This document shows positions 1 through 9,075 of a stretch of 21,885 nt of DNA, in pieces (position 1 is the first letter of the stretch; the number at the start of each line of letters is the position of its first letter). The DNA comes from Nitrospinota bacterium. GTDB lineage: Bacteria > Nitrospinota > Nitrospinia > Nitrospinales > VA-1. Location of the stretch: the NCBI GenBank assembly GCA_038108555.1, contig JAYNIA010000032.1, positions 8,866 through 30,750 of the forward strand, given 5' to 3'. Made by a program: the position numbers and the translations under genes. The notes beneath the pieces were generated by a model. The model was not told where the DNA came from. It worked only from the letters and a program-made list of their open reading frames with translations, and made no database searches.

Positions 1-914
1 AACTGGTTTTTAATAATATGGTCCAGAGTTTCGAGAATGGTTTTATCAATCCGTTGATTGAAGAACTCCATATCCTCAGTGCAGTTCTCCATCACATCAA
101 CAAACAGATATTTAATAAACTCTTCGGCGAGGTCCATATCATCATCCAGATCATAAAATGCCATTTCCGGCTCTACCATCCAGAATTCAGAAAGGTGACG
201 ACTGGTATTTGAATTTTCAGCCCGAAAAGTGGGGCCAAAAGTATAAATTTCTGAAAGGGCCAGGGCGTAAATCTCGCCTTCCAATTGCCCGCTCACTGTA
301 AGAGAAGTTTTTTCACCAAAAAAGTCCTGGGAATAATCAATTTTCCCCTCCACTTGGGGAGGATTGGTAATATCAAGAGTCGTAACCTGAAACATCTCCC
401 CTGCCCCTTCGCAATCACTGGTTGTTACAATGGGGGTGTTTAAATAGACAAAACCCTTGTCATTAAAAAATTTATGAATTGCATAAGCCAGGCGGCTGCG
501 CACCCGCATGACGGACCCAAAGGTATTGGTCCGGGGTCGAAGATGGGCAATTTCACGCAGGAATTCAAAAGAATGTCGTTTCTTTTGTAAGGGATAAGTT
601 TCGGCATCGGCGGTCCCGTAAACTTCAAGGGCTGCAACCTGGATCTCCATTTTTTGCCCTTTACCTTCGGAACTGACAAGTTTTCCCGAAATCGCGATGC
701 AACTACCGGTCGTAATTTTTTTATCCCATTCAGAATAATCTTTGAGAGTGTGATCGACAATGGTTTGGATATTGGCCTGACAGGAACCATCATTGATTTC
801 CAGAAAAGAAAATCCTCCTTTGGAGTCCCGGCGCGTTCGTACCCACCCCTTGACCAAAACATTTTCCTCTCCCTGAGTTCGGCTCAAAAGATCTTTAATT
901 TTAGTTCGCTTCAT
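1..914 (-). CDS. asnS: Asparagine--tRNA ligase, 5' portion (C-terminus lies beyond the left edge)
   Basis: Hand translation of the minus strand from ATG at 914 (AAGGAA RBS upstream): [10 protein letters not shown]...[24 protein letters not shown]...[24 protein letters not shown]...[11 protein letters not shown]...[10 protein letters not shown]...[30 protein letters not shown]. These are AsnRS signature motifs. The frame is open to position 1. Confidence 0.97.
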   Translation of the reverse strand, partial: MKRTKIKDLLSRTQGEENVLVKGWVRTRRDSKGGFSFLEINDGSCQANIQTIVDHTLKDYSEWDKKITTGSCIAISGKLVSSEGKGQKMEIQVAALEVYGTADAETYPLQKKRHSFEFLREIAHLRPRTNTFGSVMRVRSRLAYAIHKFFNDKGFVYLNTPIVTTSDCEGAGEMFQVTTLDITNPPQVEGKIDYSQDFFGEKTSLTVSGQLEGEIYALALSEIYTFGPTFRAENSNTSRHLSEFWMVEPEMAFYDLDDDMDLAEEFIKYLFVDVMENCTEDMEFFNQRIDKTILETLDHIIKNQ

Positions 915-962
915 TTGCTATTTTCCTTAGATGTCCCGGTCGGCAAACCCACCCACTTCTCA

Positions 963-992
963 TTGACAATAAAGGGGATTTCAGATATTTTA
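963..992. promoter_or_regulatory. Sigma70-type promoter for the yggT operon, overlapping a divergent -10 for asnS
   Basis: Plus strand: TTGACA (963-968)-N17-TATTTT (986-991). Minus strand: TAAAAT at 992-987. Confidence 0.6.
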
Positions 993-1065
993 GTTTGGAA
1001 ACATACCGGTAGTAAGCAATCATTTTCCCTCGTTGAGGGAAAATCTTCACCCCATACTATATTCC

Positions 1066-1365
1066 GTGTTTATTCTAGGAAATTTACTACAAGCCACAGC
1101 CCAAATATTGAATATCATCCTGCAGCTTTATATGTGGGTTATTATTATTCGTGCATTATTGTCCTGGGTCAATCCTGACCCTTACAATCCAATCGTCCAA
1201 TTCTTGTACAGTATAACAGAACCCGTCCTTTATCGAATCCGGCAAATGATTCCCATGTCAGGAATTGGAATTGACTTCTCACCCATTATCGTCCTGTTAG
1301 CAATCGTATTTTTGCAGGGATTCCTTGTAGAATCCCTTGCCGCGCTTGGGGCAAGATTACAATAA
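1066..1365 (+). CDS. yggT: YggT family membrane protein
   Basis: Motif IIIRALLSWVNPDPYNPIVQFLYSITEPVL...GIDFSPII is typical of YggT. GTG at 1066 (MFILGN...) is preferred over the TTG at 1033. Confidence 0.92.
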   Translation: MFILGNLLQATAQILNIILQLYMWVIIIRALLSWVNPDPYNPIVQFLYSITEPVLYRIRQMIPMSGIGIDFSPIIVLLAIVFLQGFLVESLAALGARLQ

Positions 1366-1371
1366 CCAGCC

Positions 1372-1950
1372 ATGCGTTTGAGTTATCTCGACATTTTAGA
1401 ACAATGCTTCCATGACAAGTTTCGCGGGTACAACAAGCAGGAGGTAGACACCTTCCTGCATCTGGTTGCCGATGATTTCAAATCCATGGTCGAAGAAATC
1501 AAAGATAAGGATAAATTGATCGCGAGCAAAGATGAAGAAATTAAAGAATTATTAACCGATCTGGAGTCTCGACCAACTGAAATAGAACCCATCATCCCAC
1601 CGGAAGTGGAGGAGGAACTTTTATCGCTGAGAAAACAAGTTGCCGAACAAGATAAATTGATTAAAGAAATGCAAGAGGCACAAGCCCAACAAAATGGGGA
1701 CAACCCTTTCTCTCAGCTCACCCCTGAAGCCCTCAAGGAAAAAGCCAAAAAGATCATAAACACAGCAAAAAACCAGGCCGAAGAACATCGAAGGGAAGCT
1801 ATGAACGAATTGGAAGAATTAATGCACGACATTGAAAAGTTAAAGAAACAAAAATCCACCTTGATGGCAAATATTAAATCTACAGCGATTGAACATTTAA
1901 ATAAATTTAAAACAAAAGTACCCAACGGCCGCGCCGGCAATGCGGATTAA
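1372..1950 (+). CDS. DivIVA domain-containing coiled-coil protein
   Basis: N-terminal DI...F...FRGYNKQEVDTFL DivIVA motif followed by a long charged coiled coil. Sits in the known yggT-divIVA-DUF167 gene order. Confidence 0.9.
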   Translation: MRLSYLDILEQCFHDKFRGYNKQEVDTFLHLVADDFKSMVEEIKDKDKLIASKDEEIKELLTDLESRPTEIEPIIPPEVEEELLSLRKQVAEQDKLIKEMQEAQAQQNGDNPFSQLTPEALKEKAKKIINTAKNQAEEHRREAMNELEELMHDIEKLKKQKSTLMANIKSTAIEHLNKFKTKVPNGRAGNAD

Positions 1951-2233
1951 TTCCTTTAAAGATGGAATCCGTTTTTCTGCCATAATTCAACCCCGGTCTT
2001 CAAAAAATGAAGTGGCCGGGATATATAACGGTGCACTAAAAATACGCTTAACCTCCCCTCCTGTTGATGGTGCGGCGAATAAATCCTGTATGCGTTTTAT
2101 TTCCAATTGGCTTGGAGTAAGCCTATCGACCATCAGGATCGTTCAGGGGTTAAATAGCAAAAATAAAATAATAGAAGTAGAAGGCCTCACAGAAGAACAG
2201 TTCCACGAAATTTTAAAAACCAAAAACATTTAA
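1940..2233 (+). CDS. DUF167 / UPF0235 (YggU) family protein
   Basis: IQPRSSKNEV...LKIRLTSPPVDGAAN...G..SKNK motif. Overlaps the divIVA stop by 11 nt. Confidence 0.9.
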   Translation: MRINSFKDGIRFSAIIQPRSSKNEVAGIYNGALKIRLTSPPVDGAANKSCMRFISNWLGVSLSTIRIVQGLNSKNKIIEVEGLTEEQFHEILKTKNI

Positions 2234-2239
2234 TTTTTT

Positions 2240-3280
2240 ATGATTAAAACTATTGAATATGTAGACGGCATCGTTCGTATGATTGACCAGACACGACTGC
2301 CCGCTGAAAAAGAATTTGTTGATTGCCGCACCATTGAAGAAGTCGGCCATGCCATAAAAACCATGGTGATTCGGGGAGCCCCTGCCATCGGCGTTGCAGC
2401 CGCTATGGGTGTCAGCCTGGGTGCAGATTCAATAGAAGCTTCCAGCTTTGAGGATTTTTATAACGAACTCAAAAAAAAGTGTGACCAATTGGGTAAATCC
2501 CGCCCTACCGCCGTCAACCTTGCCTGGGCTATCAACCGGATGAAACAAGTTGCCGAAAATAACAAGGCGCTCTCTATCAGCGAATTAAAATCCCGATTAA
2601 AGGAGGAAGCCCTAAACGTATTGACCGAAGATATTAGCACCAACCAGACGATGGGCGACCATGGACAAACCCTGGTTGAAGACGGCAGCGTGATTTTAAC
2701 TCACTGCAATGCAGGAGCCTTAGCCACTGCAGGATTCGGCACCGCCCTTGGCGTGGTTCGCGCTGCCGCAAACGCAGGAAAAAACATCCGGGTCCTTGCA
2801 AATGAAACCCGCCCTTTTTTACAGGGAGCAAGACTGACCACCTGGGAATTGAAAGAAGATGGGATCCCGGTGAAATTAATCACCGACAATATGTGTGGTT
2901 TCTTTATGAGCAAAAAGGAAATTGACCTGGTGGTTGTTGGAGCAGACCGCATTGCCGCAAATGGAGATGTAGCCAACAAGATAGGCACCTATATGGTGGC
3001 TGTACTTGCGAAGGAAAACAATATTCCTTTCTATGTAGCGGCACCGGTCTCAACACTCGACCTTTCCCTTCCTTCCGGAAAAGAAATTCCTATTGAAGAA
3101 CGTTCCTCGGAGGAAGTGACCCGAATTAACCAGAAACAAATATCCCCTGATGGTGTAGAAGCCGCGCATCCTGCTTTTGACATCACCCCCAACCATCTCG
3201 TTACCGCTATCATCACGGAAAACGGAATTGCCCGTGCTCCCTATACAGAATCCCTGAAAGCCCTTGCCAGTCAAAAATGA
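2240..3280 (+). CDS. mtnA: S-methyl-5-thioribose-1-phosphate isomerase
   Basis: [68 protein letters not shown] and PAFDITP motifs are all present. Confidence 0.96.
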   Translation: MIKTIEYVDGIVRMIDQTRLPAEKEFVDCRTIEEVGHAIKTMVIRGAPAIGVAAAMGVSLGADSIEASSFEDFYNELKKKCDQLGKSRPTAVNLAWAINRMKQVAENNKALSISELKSRLKEEALNVLTEDISTNQTMGDHGQTLVEDGSVILTHCNAGALATAGFGTALGVVRAAANAGKNIRVLANETRPFLQGARLTTWELKEDGIPVKLITDNMCGFFMSKKEIDLVVVGADRIAANGDVANKIGTYMVAVLAKENNIPFYVAAPVSTLDLSLPSGKEIPIEERSSEEVTRINQKQISPDGVEAAHPAFDITPNHLVTAIITENGIARAPYTESLKALASQK

Positions 3281-4269
3281 AAGCAATGATTCTTGCCGCA
3301 GGTTTTGGCACCCGCCTGAAACCTCTTACGAATCACCTTCCCAAACCCCTGTTTCCTGTCCTTAACCGTCCCATCCTGGAACACGCGATAAACTTTCTCA
3401 GCTCCCAGGGGATCAAGGACATCGCAATAAACCTTCATCACCAGTCAGAGAAAATTATCGATTATTTTGGCGACGGGAAAAGGTTTAGCGTGAACCTGCA
3501 TTTTTCCAGAGAAGAAAAAATTCTGGGTACCGCAGGGGGTATAAAAAAAATGCAAACATTTTTAGAAGATGAAACCTTTCTGGTCATCAACAGTGATGTT
3601 CTAGTCGACCTCAATTTGAACGATGTGTTGAAATTTCATAAAGAAAAAAATTCCAAACTGACCCTTGTGGTTCGGCAGGATGCAAACGCAGAAAAGTATA
3701 AATCCATCCAAAGGGTGGAAGAAGGACGCATTGTGCATTTCCTGGGTCACTCGGTTGAAAACACGAAGCCCACCCAAAGAGTCATGTTTACCGGAATACA
3801 AATCATGGAACCGGATATCTTCTCCCGCATTCCTGAAAATGAATTCTGCGGCACTACTGAACATGTTTTTCCGGGAATGATTGAGGACAACCTGCCTGTT
3901 TACGGTTACCTGCACGAGGGATATTGGATAGATATGGGAACGCGGGAAACTTATATTCAGGCCCAGATGGATGCCCTTGATGGCAAAATCAAACTAAAAA
4001 CATCCACATCCAGAAACCCCGAGGGACCTCTCCTTGTTCCCCCGGTTCATATCGGCAGGGACTGTGAAATTTCCCAGGACGCACAGGTGGGACCTTATGC
4101 GGTCCTGGGAGAGGGATGTCGAATACGGCCCGGTGCGGTGGTGGAAAATTCCATTCTCTTTCCGAAGGCCACCTTAAACGGAGAAGTTACCGTGAAGCAC
4201 AGCATCATCGGAGATGGAGTCACGGTTGAGGAAAACGCGAATAACGAATCGCTCGCACCGAAAAACTAA
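3277..4269 (+). CDS. Sugar-1-phosphate nucleotidyltransferase (NDP-sugar synthase; M1P-guanylyltransferase/MurU-like) with a short C-terminal left-handed beta-helix
   Basis: [34 protein letters not shown] and GYWIDMGT motifs, plus C-terminal hexapeptide repeats ([31 protein letters not shown]). ATGA overlap with mtnA. Substrate cannot be assigned. Confidence 0.88.
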   Translation: MKAMILAAGFGTRLKPLTNHLPKPLFPVLNRPILEHAINFLSSQGIKDIAINLHHQSEKIIDYFGDGKRFSVNLHFSREEKILGTAGGIKKMQTFLEDETFLVINSDVLVDLNLNDVLKFHKEKNSKLTLVVRQDANAEKYKSIQRVEEGRIVHFLGHSVENTKPTQRVMFTGIQIMEPDIFSRIPENEFCGTTEHVFPGMIEDNLPVYGYLHEGYWIDMGTRETYIQAQMDALDGKIKLKTSTSRNPEGPLLVPPVHIGRDCEISQDAQVGPYAVLGEGCRIRPGAVVENSILFPKATLNGEVTVKHSIIGDGVTVEENANNESLAPKN

Positions 4270-4286
4270 AAATTACTGTCTTTAAG

Positions 4287-4964
4287 CTAAATCAATTTAT
4301 GATTGCTCAATGTCATGGTTGATACGGAAACCGCACCTTCTTCACAATTGATGATACGGCGAATTTCGGGAAGATCCGCTTCACCCACACGGGTGTACTC
4401 ATCGGTATAACTTTCCACATCTTTCAGCCCTTTGGTTTCAGGATTGAAATAAAACACCGAGTATTTTCGCGTAAGAAATTTACCGTCCTGATTCTTTTTG
4501 CTCTCTTCAATATTGATCGAGAAAGAAAATCGTGGAGTCTGTCGATTGATTTGCTGGATGCGCCCATCCTTGATGCGATAGAAAGAGCTCATTCCATCGC
4601 CACCCATAACTAGTTTTCGTCCTAAGGGATGGGTGCCATCATCACCAAAAACAAGTTTGTATTTTCCATCCGACTCTTCAAATGATCGGGGACCGCGATG
4701 CATGGCAATGGATGCCAGGTTTTCATTCAAAAAGCTTTTTGCATTTTCCTCTTCGATGCTGATCTCAATATCCTTGGGTCCTTTTACGGTCACAGTACCT
4801 TTCTGTTCTTCCCCATTGATATTGGCAACCACGTCTGCAGTAAATCCCCCAAACCCTTCCGGCCATCTGGCAGTATTTGAGAAAACTTCCTTCATTGCTT
4901 CGCGTGCTTCGGCATCATCCTCCAAAGTGGTTTCTACATCTTTTTCTTTGGTATAGGTTGCCAT
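4287..4964 (-). CDS. DUF3386 family protein
   Basis: AREAMKEVFSNTARWPEGFGGFTADV, LASIAMHR..RSFEE and SFYRIKDGRIQQINR resemble DUF3386. Strong AAAGGAG RBS. Confidence 0.75.
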   Translation of the reverse strand: MATYTKEKDVETTLEDDAEAREAMKEVFSNTARWPEGFGGFTADVVANINGEEQKGTVTVKGPKDIEISIEEENAKSFLNENLASIAMHRGPRSFEESDGKYKLVFGDDGTHPLGRKLVMGGDGMSSFYRIKDGRIQQINRQTPRFSFSINIEESKKNQDGKFLTRKYSVFYFNPETKGLKDVESYTDEYTRVGEADLPEIRRIINCEEGAVSVSTMTLSNHKLI

Positions 4965-4991
4965 CTTTAATCTCCTTTAAAACGATAAGAG

Positions 4992-5012
4992 CTTGCCTAA
5001 AATCCCGGCAAG
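4992..5012 (-). terminator. Short hairpin between exbD and the DUF3386 gene (weak terminator or stability stem)
   Basis: CTTGCC-N9-GGCAAG 6-bp stem with only a broken U-tract after it. Confidence 0.3.
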
Positions 5013-5057
5013 TCTAATGAATAATAGAAAAGTTTTGGTTAATTAAGTGATTATACC

Positions 5058-5456
5058 TTATTTTACCGCCACACTGATATCAGGAATTCCCGCTTTTTGT
5101 AAAAGGCCCATCACCTCGATAACTTCTCCGTATGGGAGAACCTTATCTGCGCGGATAATGGCTGTTTGTTTTTTAGTTTTAACATCCAGCTTACCCAGAG
5201 CCTGCTCCAACCCCAGCATGGTTGTACTTTTTCCAGCCAGGAATATTTTTTTATCTTTCGACATTTCAATTTCAAGGGTCTTTGGCTCTTCATCAATGAC
5301 CGACGATTTTGACGTAGGCAGATTGATCTCCATGTGGCGACTGAAGTCCACAAAAACTGTTGAGACCATGAAAAATATGATGAGCAGAAACACCACGTCA
5401 ATCAGGGGCGTCATATCCATCGCAAAGCTGTCTTCTTCTTCTCTCCGGAATCTCAA
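5058..5456 (-). CDS. exbD: Biopolymer transport protein ExbD/TolR
   Basis: DMTPLIDVVFLLIIFFMV TM motif with the conserved Asp, and IIRADKVLPYGEVIEVM. TTG start. Confidence 0.93.
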   Translation of the reverse strand: MRFRREEEDSFAMDMTPLIDVVFLLIIFFMVSTVFVDFSRHMEINLPTSKSSVIDEEPKTLEIEMSKDKKIFLAGKSTTMLGLEQALGKLDVKTKKQTAIIRADKVLPYGEVIEVMGLLQKAGIPDISVAVK

Positions 5457-5489
5457 GTCAGTACCCGTCCTTTAAAATTTCTTTATAAT

Positions 5490-6254
5490 TTATGAAGATG
5501 CAGATGCTGCTTTTTTTGTCTTGCCCGAACCTTTATCCTTAACCACCCCATCATAAGAAAGCTCTTCCACTAGCTGGATGGCGACTTCTTCCATCTCAAA
5601 AACATAGCGATCAATTTTTCCACGAAAATAGTGGTACAGAATAAGAGCGGGGATTCCCACCAACATTCCTGCCGCAGTTGTAATGAGGGCTTCTGAAATA
5701 CCACTGGCCACCAAACCGGGATTTCCTGTTCCGCTCAGCGAGATCACATTGAATGCCTTGATCATTCCAATAACCGTTCCCAGCAATCCCATCATCGGGG
5801 TGATGTTTGCAATAGCCCCGAGCACGCGAAGGTTTGAATTCATCAGAGACGCTTCATGTTGACCCCCCGCTTCAATGGCTCGTTCAATTTCATCCAGCTT
5901 TCCTCCGAATCTAAGCAATCCCATCTTTAAAATTCGAGAAAGCGAGTTATCATAGGAGTTACATAGTCGAAGGGTTTTTTGGATGTTTTGCCAATCCCAC
6001 TGACTGCGAACATCTTTAAGAAAATCCGAATTTATTATATTTTTTCTTCTAAGGTTATAGCCCCTTTCGATAGCTATACCCAACATGAGGACAGAACTAA
6101 AAAGGATGGGGTACATCATCGCCCCTCCTTTTTCAAAAAGGGCCAATAATTGCCACCGACCCTCAACCGCAGGATCCGCAGCAAAAACTAACGATGGAAT
6201 CATTAAAAAACCCAGACAAAGCGAAAAACAACAAATTTTTAGGGGACGATACAT
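5490..6254 (-). CDS. exbB: MotA/TolQ/ExbB proton channel family protein
   Basis: GGAMMYPI, IANITPMMGLLGTVIGMIKAF and GISEALITTAAGMLVGIPA motifs. N-terminal signal-like segment. Directly upstream of exbD. Confidence 0.93.
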   Translation of the reverse strand: MYRPLKICCFSLCLGFLMIPSLVFAADPAVEGRWQLLALFEKGGAMMYPILFSSVLMLGIAIERGYNLRRKNIINSDFLKDVRSQWDWQNIQKTLRLCNSYDNSLSRILKMGLLRFGGKLDEIERAIEAGGQHEASLMNSNLRVLGAIANITPMMGLLGTVIGMIKAFNVISLSGTGNPGLVASGISEALITTAAGMLVGIPALILYHYFRGKIDRYVFEMEEVAIQLVEELSYDGVVKDKGSGKTKKAASASS

Positions 6255-6467
6255 TTAATTCTTTTTAAATCTTGGAAATTGGACGGATTTCGAAAAAATT
6301 ATAGGGGTGCTATTTTTTCAGCTTCCACCTTTATCTTCAGAGAAGCCTTAGCCATAAAATTTTAATACTATCCAAACTTTTATAGCACGAAAAATTCCAG
6401 ATTAGCAAGAAACAAGCTCCCCGGGGGATCGATTAAAGTCTTTAAACATAGGGTTTTTTGCTATATA

Positions 6468-6483
6468 TTTGATAGTTATCAAA
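6468..6483. promoter_or_regulatory. FNR/CRP-family-type palindromic operator
   Basis: TTTGATAGTTATCAAA contains an exact TTGAT-N4-ATCAA, in the divergent exbB/bamD intergenic region. Confidence 0.55.
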
Positions 6484-6498
6484 CTTATATTTGAACCA

Positions 6499-7275
6499 AT
6501 GCCTCGAACACACCTTAATTTCACTCCAATCCTTATTTTATTCCTGCTCATAGGGTTGAACCTCAGCTGCTCCACAAAAACTACAAGAAGAGCAAGCTCT
6601 CCCGCAAAGCTTTTACATGATGCAAAGCGTTATTATAAAAATGAAGAATCCGAAAAGGCCAAGGAAAGTCTTCAATTTATAATGGAAGATTATCCGGACA
6701 GTAAAGAGCGAGTCGCAGGATTGATGTTATTGGCAGATGTTCATTATAGATCGGAAGAATTTGAAGAGTCGAAGTTCCACTACCAGAAATTCACCGAACT
6801 TTATCCGGCTCATAAATTTGTGGACCGTGCCCATTTTTATAAAGCCATGTCCAACTTCAAACTCTCGGATCTGGCATCAAGAGATTTGACCCCGGTAAAC
6901 TCAGCGCTTGAAGATTTTAGAAATTTCGTGGCAGACTTTCCTGATAGCACCTATAAGGGCCAGGCAGAAAAAAGAATCTACCAATGCCTCGACATTCTGG
7001 CCCAAAATATTTTTGAAATTGGGAAATTTTATTTTCGCACCGGCTCGTATCAGTCAGCGATTATAAGATTTAAAAGTTTGATGGTGGAATATCCCAACCA
7101 CTCCTATGTAGCTGAGGCCGAATTTCTTTTGGCAGAATCCTATTATCATGAACAGAACTACAACAAAGCCCGTGATCATTACAAAATAGTTTTAAAAAAG
7201 CATCCAAGAACAGAATTTGCAAAACAAGCCCGGTTAAAATTAAGAGAACTTAGAAAACTTAATCCCCATGGCTAA
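6499..7275 (+). CDS. bamD: Outer membrane protein assembly lipoprotein BamD (TPR protein)
   Basis: Lipoprotein signal ending GLNLSC, repeated TPR 'YP.S/H' units, ASRDLTP and EIGKFYFRTGSYQSAIIRF. ATG at 6499 is preferred over the TTG at 6469. Confidence 0.88.
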   Translation: MPRTHLNFTPILILFLLIGLNLSCSTKTTRRASSPAKLLHDAKRYYKNEESEKAKESLQFIMEDYPDSKERVAGLMLLADVHYRSEEFEESKFHYQKFTELYPAHKFVDRAHFYKAMSNFKLSDLASRDLTPVNSALEDFRNFVADFPDSTYKGQAEKRIYQCLDILAQNIFEIGKFYFRTGSYQSAIIRFKSLMVEYPNHSYVAEAEFLLAESYYHEQNYNKARDHYKIVLKKHPRTEFAKQARLKLRELRKLNPHG

Positions 7276-8134
7276 GAATCCTTCCAAAAAAAACGACTCC
7301 ATGGTGAGAGGCTCACCCGACCCCCTCAACCAGTACATGAAGGAGATCAGTCAAATAAAACTTCTTACTAAAGAAGAAGAGATAAAACTTGCGGAGGCAA
7401 TTAAAGAAGGAGACCCAAAAGCCATTCAAGAGATGGTTCGAAGGAATTTAAAATATGTTGTCACCGTGGCCAACAAGTACCGGGGTTTCGGAATGTCCCT
7501 TCAGGACCTGATTGAAGAAGGCAATATCGGTTTGATCCAGGCCGCAAAACGGTTCGATGTCTCCAAGAACGTCAAGTTCATCACGTATGCCGTATGGTGG
7601 ATCAAGCAGGCTATCATGCACTCCCTTGCAGAACAGTCGGGAACCGTCAAATTACCAGTGAAACAAGCAGGGAAAGTTTCCAAATTTAACAAAAAAAGCC
7701 AACAGATGTGTCAGGACATGGAACGCGAGCCGACACAATCAGAGGTTGCAAAGAGTCTGGGCTATGATGATGACGAAATAAATTCCATCATGCGGGCCTA
7801 CCGTACGCATCTCTCTTTAGACACCCCACTAAAAAACGACGACCACACTCCTTACCTCGACCTCCTGGAAAACCAGGATCTCATTCCCTACGACGATCAA
7901 ATCATGAGAGAGTCGTTGAACGAAAAAGTCGACCAAATGCTTGAAGACTTGTCTGAGAGGGAAGCCACCATTCTAAAAATGAGATTCGGATTTTCAGGCG
8001 AGGTAAAAACCCTGGAGGACATCGGCCAGGAAATAGGCCTCTCACGTGAACGTGTGCGTCAAATCGAAAAACGCGCTAAAGACAAATTGAAAACAAAACT
8101 TCAAAATGAAGCCTGGATAAATGATGATGAGTGA
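7268..8134 (+). CDS. Alternative sigma-70 family factor (RpoD/RpoS-like, lacking region 1.1)
   Basis: Region 1.2 (DPLNQYMKEI..IKLLTKEEEIKLA), region 2 (DLIEEGNIGLIQAAKRFD...KFITYAVWWIKQAI), region 3 and region 4.2 (TLEDIGQEIGLSRERVRQIE). Only 288 aa. Confidence 0.93.
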   Translation: MAKNPSKKNDSMVRGSPDPLNQYMKEISQIKLLTKEEEIKLAEAIKEGDPKAIQEMVRRNLKYVVTVANKYRGFGMSLQDLIEEGNIGLIQAAKRFDVSKNVKFITYAVWWIKQAIMHSLAEQSGTVKLPVKQAGKVSKFNKKSQQMCQDMEREPTQSEVAKSLGYDDDEINSIMRAYRTHLSLDTPLKNDDHTPYLDLLENQDLIPYDDQIMRESLNEKVDQMLEDLSEREATILKMRFGFSGEVKTLEDIGQEIGLSRERVRQIEKRAKDKLKTKLQNEAWINDDE

Positions 8135-8140
8135 TACCTT

Positions 8141-8731
8141 ATGTTGACAGATTTTTTTATATTCTGCCTGGTGGCATATCTATGTGGCTCCATTCCTTTT
8201 GGTGTCGTACTTGCCAAAGCACAAAACATTGATATCCGCAAACATGGTAGTGGCAATATTGGTGCCACAAATGTGGCCCGCACAATGGGAAAAAAAGCAG
8301 GCCTGTTCACTCTTGCCGGAGACGTACTTAAAGGCTGGGGAATGGTTTTTCTGGCGGATCTCTGGTTCCAAAAACCAATTTATGTGGCCATCGCCGGACT
8401 CGTTGTTTACCTGGGGCATCTATTTTCCATTTTTCTCAAATTCAAAGGGGGTAAAGGGGTTGCAACCGGCCTTGGAGTGTTTGGTTTTGTAATGCCAATT
8501 GCCACCCTGATATCAATGGGAGTTTTTGCATTGAGCCTGAAAGTTTCAGGCTATGTCTCATTGAGCTCCATTTTGGCTGCCATTTCTTTACCTATTCTGG
8601 GGATTTTCTTCAAAATGCCCCTCCCCTATATCTATTTAGCAGTCATTGTTGGATTGTTCACCCTGCAAAAGCATCATGACAATATTGTTCGCCTCATTCA
8701 GGGAACAGAAGCGAAGTTTTTGAAAAAATAG
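8141..8731 (+). CDS. plsY: Glycerol-3-phosphate acyltransferase PlsY
   Basis: AYLCGSIPFG, DIRKHGSGNIGATNVAR, GHLFSIFLKFKGGKGVAT and KHHDNIVRLIQGTE motifs. Confidence 0.96.
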   Translation: MLTDFFIFCLVAYLCGSIPFGVVLAKAQNIDIRKHGSGNIGATNVARTMGKKAGLFTLAGDVLKGWGMVFLADLWFQKPIYVAIAGLVVYLGHLFSIFLKFKGGKGVATGLGVFGFVMPIATLISMGVFALSLKVSGYVSLSSILAAISLPILGIFFKMPLPYIYLAVIVGLFTLQKHHDNIVRLIQGTEAKFLKK

Positions 8732-8734
8732 AAT

Positions 8735-8762
8735 TTGACAATCCAGCTTGAAGAAATATAAT
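8735..8762 (+). promoter_or_regulatory. Consensus sigma70 promoter for the tRNA pair
   Basis: TTGACA (8735-8740)-N16-TATAAT (8757-8762): perfect hexamers with the 16-bp spacer common in stable-RNA promoters. Confidence 0.9.
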
Positions 8763-8804
8763 TGGTTCTTTGGGAACTCCAAACATCCCTTACAATCTGG
8801 AATA

Positions 8805-8881
<77 letters not shown>

Positions 8882-8905
8882 TTTCCCATCGTTTAATTAA
8901 AGCAG

Positions 8906-8979
8906 GGCACCGTCGCCAAGTGGTAAGGCCGAGGTCTGCAAAATCTCTATCGGCGGTTCGAGTCCGCCCGGTGCCTCCA
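8906..8979 (+). tRNA. tRNA-Cys (GCA)
   Basis: Acceptor stem GGCACCG/CGGTGCC, U discriminator, anticodon loop CTGCAAA, T arm GGCGG-TTCGAGT-CCGCC, encoded CCA. Confidence 0.98.
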
Positions 8980-9075
8980 TTTTTCCCGTAAATTCCACCT
9001 TTTCAAACAAAAACTGGCAAATCAGGCGTTTTTCCTTAAGAATAGTGCTTTCACACCAAAACCTGATAAAAGCCC

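Noticed and set aside
18..1178. ORFs 18..212(+), 440..862(-) and 654..1178(+)
   Set aside because: Antisense or off-frame shadows of asnS, with no recognisable motifs.
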